From a bacterium (lineage in GTDB: Bacteria > Hydrothermota > 32-111), in contig JBFXGO010000022.1 of NCBI GenBank assembly GCA_050239825.1, positions 1 to 39,128 of the forward strand: a stretch of DNA of 39,128 bases, written 5' to 3'. This document shows positions 16,784 through 24,951 of this stretch, one piece after another; the stretch's first letter is position 1, and each line of letters starts with the position of its first letter. The position numbers were made by a program, and so were the translations under genes. Under the pieces are notes generated by a model. That model had not been told where the DNA came from, did no database searches, and saw only the letters and a list, made by a program, of their open reading frames with translations.

Positions 16784-18280
16784 TTATTTCTCTATTGATA
16801 CATCAATCTGCGCTTTCTGAAGTTTACCCGAATAATCTATGTATACAGTCTTCTGTTCGGTAAAAATCTCATAAACAGTCCAACCGCCTTCTCTATGGCC
16901 ATTTCCCGTATTCTTTGTTCCGCCGAAAGGCATGTGGCACTCGGCTCCTATTGTCGGACCGTTGACATAAGTGATGCCGGTATCTATATCCTCAATGGCT
17001 TTGAATGCAAGATTCACATCCTTTGTGTAAATTGATGATGATAATCCGTATTCAACTCCATTTAAAACATCAATAGCCTCTTCAAATGATTTCACCTTTA
17101 CAACCGAGAGAACCGGCCCGAATATTTCTTCCTGTTCTATCCTCATTCCCTGCTTGACGCCTGTAAAGACAGCGGGCTTAAGGAACCAACCGTCTTTGCA
17201 ATCTCCCTCCATGTAGCGGTATCCGCCGCATTGAAGTTTTGCGCCCTCTTTCTTTCCTATCTCTACATATTCAAGTATTTTTTTCATCGAAGATTCATTT
17301 ATAACGGGACCCAAATCTACAGATTCATCCCACGGTTTCCCTATCTTCATTCCTTCTGCTCTCTTTACAAGCTTTTCAACCAGTTTATCATGTATTCCTT
17401 CCTGCAGTATAAGCCTTGATGTGGCGGTGCACCTCTGTCCCGCAGTTCCGAATGCTCCGAAGAGGACTCCATCTACAGCCAAGTCAATATCCGCATCATC
17501 AAGCACTATCTGAGCATTTTTTCCACCAAGTTCAAGAGAGACTCTTTTCAATGTTCTTCCGCAGACAGAGCCTATGTGTCTGCCGACTTCGCTTGAACCT
17601 GTAAAAGAGACAACTCCAATGTCCTTGTGCTCCAATATTGCATTTCCGACCGCCGAACCCGGGCCATGAACAAGATTTACAACTCCGGCCGGAAATCCAG
17701 CCTCTACCATTATCTCAACAAGCTTTGTTGCAAGAGCCGGTGTATCGGATGCCGGTTTCAATATCACTGTATTTCCAGCGAGAAGTGCGGGAAACATTTT
17801 CCATGTTGGAATCGCAATGGGGAAATTCCAAGGTGTAATAAGTCCTGCCACGCCTATCGGGCGGAAAAATGTGATTGCCACTTTATTCTGAAGTTCAGAA
17901 GGAGATGTCTTTCCGAAGAATCTTCTTCCCTCTCCAAAAGCATAGTATGCCGTGTCAATTCCTTCCTGAGTGTCTCCTCTCGCCTCTTTGATAACCTTTC
18001 CCATCTCCTGTGTCATGAGCAATGCCACTTCCTCTTTTCTTTTTACCATGAGGTCTCCGACTCTGCCGAGGAGTTCTCCTCTCTTTGCGACCGGCATTCT
18101 CTTCCACTCTGTGAATGCTTCTTTGGCCGCTTTAACCGCATCGTCTATATCATCCTTATTGGATTTTGGAAATAGTCCTACGACTTTGCTCCAATCGGCA
18201 GGCATTCTGCTTTCAAATGTTTCTTTGCTTCTTGCATCAACCCATTTGCCTCCGATGTAATTTTTAAACTTCTCTGCCAT
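16784..18280 (-). CDS. NAD(P)-dependent aldehyde dehydrogenase family protein
   Basis: ITPWNFP, LKPA, FTGS, LELGGKN, GQRCTA (catalytic Cys), EEIFGPV, PFGG.K; GGAGG RBS. Confidence 0.95.
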   Translation of the reverse strand: MAEKFKNYIGGKWVDARSKETFESRMPADWSKVVGLFPKSNKDDIDDAVKAAKEAFTEWKRMPVAKRGELLGRVGDLMVKRKEEVALLMTQEMGKVIKEARGDTQEGIDTAYYAFGEGRRFFGKTSPSELQNKVAITFFRPIGVAGLITPWNFPIAIPTWKMFPALLAGNTVILKPASDTPALATKLVEIMVEAGFPAGVVNLVHGPGSAVGNAILEHKDIGVVSFTGSSEVGRHIGSVCGRTLKRVSLELGGKNAQIVLDDADIDLAVDGVLFGAFGTAGQRCTATSRLILQEGIHDKLVEKLVKRAEGMKIGKPWDESVDLGPVINESSMKKILEYVEIGKKEGAKLQCGGYRYMEGDCKDGWFLKPAVFTGVKQGMRIEQEEIFGPVLSVVKVKSFEEAIDVLNGVEYGLSSSIYTKDVNLAFKAIEDIDTGITYVNGPTIGAECHMPFGGTKNTGNGHREGGWTVYEIFTEQKTVYIDYSGKLQKAQIDVSIEK

Positions 18281-18294
18281 AATACCTCCTGAAT

Positions 18295-19206
18295 TTATTT
18301 GTTTAACTTTTTTTCCAGATCTTTATCAAACGGGAAAGCCTCTTCAAACAAGGTCACTGATGTGCCGTAGCATGACAGTATATTTCCCATATCATCGATT
18401 TCAATCACAACCTTCTCTACAGAAGAGAGTTCGCCGTAGCCTTTTATAATGACAGTGTGATTTAGCGGTGTCTCAACGGATTTTCTCATGCCCCTTCCGT
18501 CATTGCCGCTGAGTATCACATCTATGCCTTCAATTTCATCAGCAAGGGCATAATCATGTTCAAAACTGGTTGATGTGAGACCTATTATGATATCGCACCT
18601 GTTTTTCTTCAGCAAATCGACAATCTCCGCCGCCGCTTCCGTCTCTCTCTGAATTATTATTTGCGAAGCCGCTCCTTCGGGCAGATTCATAGCCGCATAC
18701 TCGCTTGTCAAACCGAAGACGCCTATTTTAATTCCCTGAACTTCAAGAATTCTGTACCTGTCGAGAATATAACCTTTTTCATTGTATGAGATATTACCCA
18801 GAATTATGGGCACTGACATTCTTTCCTTCGCCTTTTCCAGAAAGGAGGCGCCGGCGGACAGTTCATCAAGACCCATGTTGACGATATCATACTTCATGTG
18901 TTCAAAATAAACGGATGGTGTCAGAAAATCTACTGAATCGTTTTCAACGCTCTTATAGGAAAAATTTCCGGAATCAAACAAAAGAAAAATTCCGCCGTCC
19001 GCTTCTGTCTTCTCTCTCTCCCTTGTAACTGCAGTTGAAAGAGAGTAAATGCCGCCGAGAACTGGAGGAAAATCAGGATTAATAAATGTTGCGCTCCTTC
19101 TTCCCAGCACATTTCTTATATCATTTGTGTGGTATATCACAATTTTTTTTGCCGAAATTGAAATGAAAATTAAAATCAGCATCGCTCCAATGAATATTTT
19201 TTTCAT
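18295..19206 (-). CDS. Exported 5'-nucleotidase-type metallophosphoesterase N-domain protein with degenerate metal site
   Basis: Signal peptide; IYHTND, LLFDSGN, YD...G, KIGVFGLT, DIIIGL, GIDVILSG scaffold of the UshA/CD73 N-domain. No C-terminal substrate domain. Confidence 0.75.
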   Translation of the reverse strand: MKKIFIGAMLILIFISISAKKIVIYHTNDIRNVLGRRSATFINPDFPPVLGGIYSLSTAVTREREKTEADGGIFLLFDSGNFSYKSVENDSVDFLTPSVYFEHMKYDIVNMGLDELSAGASFLEKAKERMSVPIILGNISYNEKGYILDRYRILEVQGIKIGVFGLTSEYAAMNLPEGAASQIIIQRETEAAAEIVDLLKKNRCDIIIGLTSTSFEHDYALADEIEGIDVILSGNDGRGMRKSVETPLNHTVIIKGYGELSSVEKVVIEIDDMGNILSCYGTSVTLFEEAFPFDKDLEKKLNK

Positions 19207-19850
19207 TCCGCCTCCTCTTCCGAATCGGATTCATCAGTTTTTTCTTTCTTTATAAAAAGAGATGATTTGTCATCTTCGCTTCCGCTCAATTTTGAATTGC
19301 CCAATACATCGGTAAAATACTTTTCATACTGAAGGGCTACAGCAGCGGATTTTATAAGAACAGAGCACTCGTTGTTTTTTTCCAGAGCATGGTAGCTCCA
19401 GTTTGTCGAACCGATAACCGAGTAAAGGGAATCCACGATAAGAGTCTTCGAGTGAGTAGTGACATCAGGATCGTCATAGTAGACCTTAACATTGTTTGAT
19501 GCAAGAAAATCCCCGAGTTTTTGATTCCTGACATTCTGCGAAGGATTAAAACCCGAATAATCTATTATTATCTTTACATCAACTCCTCTCTGAACCGCCC
19601 TGAAAAGCGCCTGATAGAGTTTCAGATTGACGCCTTCCGGACGCTCAGGATAGTATCCGCCTTCAAGCATGAGTATGTGAATGGTTTTTTGCGCCGAATC
19701 AAAAAGCTTTATCGCATTCGAAGCATAGTTTCTGTTGTTCATAGGCATTACTCCGTCTGCAGACAGAATCTCTATATCTTTGCAGAATATAAGCGAGGAT
19801 AAGAGCATAACAGTAAAAAATATCAGTCTCTTTATCATTGGTCGCCTCAC
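19203..19850 (-). CDS. Exported phospholipase D-family (Nuc-like) nuclease, single HKD
   Basis: Signal peptide; AQKTIHI, A..RGVDVKIIID, HSKTLIVD, GSTNWS, NNE. Confidence 0.85.
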   Translation of the reverse strand: MRRPMIKRLIFFTVMLLSSLIFCKDIEILSADGVMPMNNRNYASNAIKLFDSAQKTIHILMLEGGYYPERPEGVNLKLYQALFRAVQRGVDVKIIIDYSGFNPSQNVRNQKLGDFLASNNVKVYYDDPDVTTHSKTLIVDSLYSVIGSTNWSYHALEKNNECSVLIKSAAVALQYEKYFTDVLGNSKLSGSEDDKSSLFIKKEKTDESDSEEEAE

Positions 19851-20425
19851 GGTTGTATTGTTAATGTGTCGCTTTTAAACATCATCAATTGCGAAAAGAA
19901 TGTCTCATACACTTTCGCCAATTCAGATGATTTCACTGCAACCGCACATTCATTGTTCATTGCAAGAGCATAAAAACTCCAGTTGGTAGAGCCGATTACA
20001 GTGGTTGACGAATCTATAACCACAACCTTGGTGTGTGTCGTTATATCCGGCGGATCAAGATAAACTTCAACGCCTTTGCTTCTCATGTACTCCGCATATT
20101 CATAATTTTTTATAGATGAGGATGAATTCCATGATGATTGATCGACTATAACCTGAACCTGAAGTCCGCGCGCAGCGGCACCAATCAAAGCATCCTGCAG
20201 ATAGGTCGGCTCTCCGTCCGGATAGTCCGGGTAATAGCCTGTGGCATAGATTATCGCATGAATACTCTTCTGAGCATTTTCAACCAATTCAACAAACGTG
20301 GGCACATAATCCCGATTGTTCATTACAATAACGCCCTCTGCTTCGATGAGATTGAAGACCGATTCGCCTGCCGCTGAGACAATCGCAACAAAGCAGGTGA
20401 AAAGAATTATTATCGTCTTTTTCAT
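19847..20425 (-). CDS. Exported phospholipase D-family (Nuc-like) nuclease, single HKD
   Basis: Signal peptide; AQKSIHA, AAARGLQVQVIVD, HTKVVVID, GSTNWS, NNE; paralogue of the next gene. Confidence 0.85.
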   Translation of the reverse strand: MKKTIIILFTCFVAIVSAAGESVFNLIEAEGVIVMNNRDYVPTFVELVENAQKSIHAIIYATGYYPDYPDGEPTYLQDALIGAAARGLQVQVIVDQSSWNSSSSIKNYEYAEYMRSKGVEVYLDPPDITTHTKVVVIDSSTTVIGSTNWSFYALAMNNECAVAVKSSELAKVYETFFSQLMMFKSDTLTIQP

Positions 20426-20433
20426 CTTTTCTC

Positions 20434-21627
20434 CTAAAACAGAATTGTGACATCGCCTGTAAGACGCAGCACTCTTTCTGTATAAAAGACTGAAGGATTG
20501 ACGTCCAAATCATCATCTTCATATTTGAGTTTGTCATAGTTAAGATGCCTGTACTGTCCGGATACGGTAAATTGGGCTTGAGATATTGTTATAGACAAAC
20601 CTGCAGTAAATCCCACATCGGCAACCTGATTGTTCATTTTGAAGGGTTCGTAAAGTATTCCGTAAAGCAGATTGACCGAAGATGTGAGTTCATGTTCGAC
20701 ACCTGCGCTGTACTTGACAATGTCATTGTACTCAAGAACATCTCCGTTAAGCTCTGTCCATCTTTCATAAACTGCATTCAACATAAGTGAAGACGGCATG
20801 CTTCCGGCGGAAAAGTATCTTACACCGACGCCTGCAGTATTCGGAAGTATATAGTCGCTGTCATAGGCATAAGAAACAGTATCAGAACCAATATAATCAG
20901 CGCCAACCTGATTTTTAATTGAAGTCTGAATATGATACACCGCCATTATCTGCAGATTCTTGAATGGAGAGTATGTGAGCCCCAGACCTCCTCTTGCTCC
21001 AGAATACTGCTCATCAACAGAATGCGACGAGTCGATTTTTGACGGGTCCACATAAATTATTGAATACTCGTTTGTACCGTCACCCTGAAGAATAGACACA
21101 TTGACTCCCGCCTTTAATTTCCAGACAGCGTATGATACTGAAAGAAAATATCCGTTTATGTTCCCTATGGATGCCTCGGATTCTTCATACAGAACTACAT
21201 AATTGTCATCTCTGAATATTTTATTGTAAGTGTAATCCTTGCTCAGAAGGTTTTCATAGCCAAGGGAAATACTCACTACTCCGAGCGGCATGTAGCCCAT
21301 AATATATGACGGTTCTCCGTATAGAAAAGAGTTGTCATACACATTTTTCTTCCCCACAGTATTGTCGTAGGTGTCAAAAATGTATTCCGATCGGGTCTCT
21401 CTGTGTGAAACTCCGCTGAATCCCACTCCTACATAATATTTATCGGTTGAAAACATAAGTGAAGGATTGAATGCCGGATTGAAAAACATATCGCTGTTTC
21501 CCGCGCCGGCCGCTTTTCCGAAGAGCGGTTGATTGGACTCTCCCGAAGAAAAGTCATAGAGAGAAGTGTACGGATAAACCGCCAGTCCCAAAGAAAGTAT
21601 AAGCAAAACTGCAAAAAACTTTTTCAT
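20434..21627 (-). CDS. FadL/OmpP1-like outer membrane beta-barrel protein
   Basis: Start MKKFF at 21627 with GGAGG RBS; signal peptide; GKAAGAG...FNPA plug-like motif; alternating beta-strands; terminal Phe. Confidence 0.65.
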   Translation of the reverse strand: MKKFFAVLLILSLGLAVYPYTSLYDFSSGESNQPLFGKAAGAGNSDMFFNPAFNPSLMFSTDKYYVGVGFSGVSHRETRSEYIFDTYDNTVGKKNVYDNSFLYGEPSYIMGYMPLGVVSISLGYENLLSKDYTYNKIFRDDNYVVLYEESEASIGNINGYFLSVSYAVWKLKAGVNVSILQGDGTNEYSIIYVDPSKIDSSHSVDEQYSGARGGLGLTYSPFKNLQIMAVYHIQTSIKNQVGADYIGSDTVSYAYDSDYILPNTAGVGVRYFSAGSMPSSLMLNAVYERWTELNGDVLEYNDIVKYSAGVEHELTSSVNLLYGILYEPFKMNNQVADVGFTAGLSITISQAQFTVSGQYRHLNYDKLKYEDDDLDVNPSVFYTERVLRLTGDVTILF

Positions 21628-21635
21628 TGTTCCTC

Positions 21636-24059
21636 CTACCATCTTAAATCCATTTGAACATTTATTCCCAGAAGATTGCTATGGTCGACAAAACTTCCTA
21701 TTCTTATATAATCCGTGTCCGCATACTTTAATTGGTCAGACAAGGCTTCAATTCCGCCATGATTGACCTCCTGATTCTTAAGAGAGAGCTTTATTCTCAC
21801 AGAGACAAGGTCGGATAGTCTGTCAATGAAAGTAAGATAAAGCTTGTTGCCGTCGCCGTAAAGAAAATCAATTGAATTATCTTCAAAAATCCACTGACTC
21901 ATTCCATCAGTCTTCCAGACGGCAAATCCTCCGAGCATGGAGAAATAATCATTTATATTTTTTTCATAAGCTCCGCTGAGGAAAGAGCCGTCAATGAAGA
22001 GGTTTTCAGCATAGCTTATCGACGGTGTCAGTCCGACCATTCCATACCTGCTCTCAAAGTTTATGTAATCGCCGTTCTCAAGAACTGCAAATATTCTGAG
22101 ACTTGTTTCGTTTGTCGTTGAATGGGTTGAGATGATATCTTTGTAAAGGTTCTTCTCCTGGAATTTATGTTTCAGCCTAATCCTCAGAGGGAAGACGGGA
22201 CGCACTTCTACCTCACCCTGAAATCTGTAATTGTACAGATTGTAATCAAGAGTTCTCCATACATCAAGATAACAGTAGTTAAATGTAATCTTTTCAGTTA
22301 TTCTGTATCTGGTTTCAAAATATATTCCCTCCTCACTCTTAGGCCTCGGGTCATCAAGTATAAATGTGAAGAGCGGGTCAATCAGCCTGTAAGTCTTCTC
22401 AAGCTCAGTATCGTCAAATCTCGCCTGTTCTGAGAATGGTCTCGCATAAAGATTGTCAAAACCCACATCATAATGCCTGATAAGAGTCTTGAAGTGAAAA
22501 TTATCAAAGACAATGTTGGTTTTCACGACATAAGCGATTGATGTATCCTGCAGAGCTCCTTCTCCTTCAAATGACAGATTCTTGTATGCTGTCCTAAAAT
22601 CAAGTCCGAATACGCGTCTAAGGTCTCCGTTCAATTGATTGATATAGACAGGAACCGCTATGTTGCTCGCATCAAAAGGAATGTCAAGCGTCAGAGTGTC
22701 AGGCTTGAAATTTCTATCATACTTTGCATTGTATCCGCTTATTCCAAGTTCGGTTACAAAAGGAAGATGAAACAAATTTCCAAGCTCAAAACCGACTCTT
22801 CCTCCGGCTGTAATCTCTTCATACTTGTTTTTGAACTCATTTATGTCAGTCCTTGAAAGCAGAGGAGCATTTACAGTTGAATCGGAGTTGAGGATTCCGT
22901 CCCTCATCTCTTTGCTGACAAAAGCCATATAGTTGAATCTCCAAACTTTACCGTTAAGCGCCGCTCCTGTGAATTTGGTATTGTATGATTCTGTTAAATC
23001 CGTAAATAGCCCTTGATTTGGGTCTAAACGCCTTGACCTGTATTCGTCGGTATTGTCCATCACAAGCCCTTGCCCCAGAGTTACTCTGTAATTTCCAATT
23101 ATAAGGTTATCTACAAAAGGAAGCTCGGTAAATGCAATAAATCCCTTGTATCTGTACTCTTCAATTCCAGAGTATTTTGCCGCAAGAATTCCGCCCTTGA
23201 TATACTTTCCCATCTGAACATTTGCCTTGTTTATTATGTCTCCGTTCATGTCTCTTCCGGTCAGTTCTTCATACTCTCTCTCCATTCTCGCTTTCATTGA
23301 ATCTATTGTCTCCGGCGAGACTCCTGCGTCAAGAAGAGTGGAGCGGAGATTTACGGAATCGGGATGAGCTATTTCAAGGTCTTTCGTTCTTGATAGCAAT
23401 TCATTTGCAAGAGCCGAATATGACGAGTAATTGTATGTGTCGTCATTTGTAAATCTGAGCTTTGCCCTGTAGTATCCTGAAAAATCCAGAACCTTGCTGT
23501 AATCGTTAAACCCAATGTAGTTTCTGATCCTCGACCAGGCGAAATAGGTCAGATTCTCCGACCTTCTCACATCATTGGGGTATCTGAATTTTTTATTTTT
23601 ATATCTCGACTGGAGTATAGCTTCGGCATCAGTAAGATTAACTCCGTCGAGAAGCATCAGGTCATTCGCATCAGCAGTATTGATATTTATCTTCTTCATA
23701 AGAAGCTCTCCCCATAGGTCTATCGCTCCTTCAGTCGGAGATTCTTCGCTTGCAAGCCTGTCCTGCATTCTGATAAGATAAATTGAAGTTGAATCAAGAG
23801 TTGTATCCGGATAAACCGCCACGGATTGCTTTATTATATTCATTATCTCGGAATCAACTCCTTCAATTCTGCTCAAATCGTAAATACTCTTTAGTTCTCC
23901 GCGTCTTTCGATAAAATTTTTTATTCTGGAAATGACTTCCTCCGGAATCATCAAGGAATCCAATGCTTCTGGAGGACAGTTGTTGATGTCAATCTTCTCA
24001 GCGCCTGCAAAAACGCTAATGTTTAGAAGAAGAATCAGTAAAATTAAGATTCTTTTCAT
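21636..24059 (-). CDS. ComEA-like helix-hairpin-helix repeat protein fused to a predicted outer membrane beta-barrel
   Basis: Signal peptide; two ComEA-type modules (KIDINN...G.LKSIYDL.RIEGV; KININTA...L.LLDGV...A.AI...R...F); IIGNYRVTLGQGLVM; long amphipathic beta region; terminal Trp. Confidence 0.78.
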   Translation of the reverse strand: MKRILILLILLLNISVFAGAEKIDINNCPPEALDSLMIPEEVISRIKNFIERRGELKSIYDLSRIEGVDSEIMNIIKQSVAVYPDTTLDSTSIYLIRMQDRLASEESPTEGAIDLWGELLMKKININTADANDLMLLDGVNLTDAEAILQSRYKNKKFRYPNDVRRSENLTYFAWSRIRNYIGFNDYSKVLDFSGYYRAKLRFTNDDTYNYSSYSALANELLSRTKDLEIAHPDSVNLRSTLLDAGVSPETIDSMKARMEREYEELTGRDMNGDIINKANVQMGKYIKGGILAAKYSGIEEYRYKGFIAFTELPFVDNLIIGNYRVTLGQGLVMDNTDEYRSRRLDPNQGLFTDLTESYNTKFTGAALNGKVWRFNYMAFVSKEMRDGILNSDSTVNAPLLSRTDINEFKNKYEEITAGGRVGFELGNLFHLPFVTELGISGYNAKYDRNFKPDTLTLDIPFDASNIAVPVYINQLNGDLRRVFGLDFRTAYKNLSFEGEGALQDTSIAYVVKTNIVFDNFHFKTLIRHYDVGFDNLYARPFSEQARFDDTELEKTYRLIDPLFTFILDDPRPKSEEGIYFETRYRITEKITFNYCYLDVWRTLDYNLYNYRFQGEVEVRPVFPLRIRLKHKFQEKNLYKDIISTHSTTNETSLRIFAVLENGDYINFESRYGMVGLTPSISYAENLFIDGSFLSGAYEKNINDYFSMLGGFAVWKTDGMSQWIFEDNSIDFLYGDGNKLYLTFIDRLSDLVSVRIKLSLKNQEVNHGGIEALSDQLKYADTDYIRIGSFVDHSNLLGINVQMDLRW

Positions 24060-24067
24060 TTTTGCCT

Positions 24068-24943
24068 CTAAAAGAAATAGGATATCTGCACATGGTGTCT
24101 GGAGGGCATCTGCGCGACTCCGGTGTATCCGTAATCTACTGTAAACTTGTTAAATGTAGCCTTAAATCCTGCTCCATAAGATACAGGATAGGACCTGACG
24201 CCCGTGGATATTTCAAAAGTATTTTTCAGCAATTCATATATTATGCCGAAACCGAATGAAGTCGGTTCATCTGTTACTTTTGAAATGTCAAAAGAAGTCA
24301 CCAGATTTTTATATGGCTCAAATGAAAGGCCGGCCGATATTTTTCTTTCAATATAGTACCTATATGTGTCCATATAACCGTTTATATATGTATTTGTCAC
24401 ATTGAATACAGAAATGCCTATAAGCCACCTTTCATATATCTTGCCAATAAGACCCGCATCTACAGTATAATACATATTGTTGAAATTTTCCTGCGACTCA
24501 TTTTTCTGTGAAAGATACAAAAAATTGACATTCGTTCCGACAGAAATAATGTCCTGCAGGTTTCCTCCGTAAGACAGCTGAACAGTGCGCTCAGTGTGAA
24601 GATTTGTATTTTCAGATATTATGGAATCTTCATCAGCATAATCTCCAAGAATGAAAAATTCGGAGTATTTAAGCCCGACTGCGCTTGTTGGAAACTTATA
24701 CCCGAATCCAGCTGTAGCGGCATGAGTGAAAAGGTAAAGGTTCTCATAGGATAGGTAAGCGTCAATCCCCCTCACACCGGTTATCGATGCAGGATTTGCA
24801 ACTATATTGTCCAGTCCCATAATAAGAGAGGTTGTCGCAAGGCACATTGTGCGGGGCTGAACATTTCCGGGCAGATATTCAAAGACAGCAAATAATGCTG
24901 AAAATGAAAATACAAAAATAAAAATCAGTAATAACTTTTTCAT
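24068..24943 (-). CDS. PorV/PorQ/PorP-like outer membrane beta-barrel protein
   Basis: Signal peptide; PRTMCLA...NPASI plug-like motif; VDAGL, IGISVFN, FGFGI.Y, GAGF, VDYGY, HHVQISYFF ending. Confidence 0.7.
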   Translation of the reverse strand: MKKLLLIFIFVFSFSALFAVFEYLPGNVQPRTMCLATTSLIMGLDNIVANPASITGVRGIDAYLSYENLYLFTHAATAGFGYKFPTSAVGLKYSEFFILGDYADEDSIISENTNLHTERTVQLSYGGNLQDIISVGTNVNFLYLSQKNESQENFNNMYYTVDAGLIGKIYERWLIGISVFNVTNTYINGYMDTYRYYIERKISAGLSFEPYKNLVTSFDISKVTDEPTSFGFGIIYELLKNTFEISTGVRSYPVSYGAGFKATFNKFTVDYGYTGVAQMPSRHHVQISYFF

Positions 24944-24951
24944 GCTTCACC

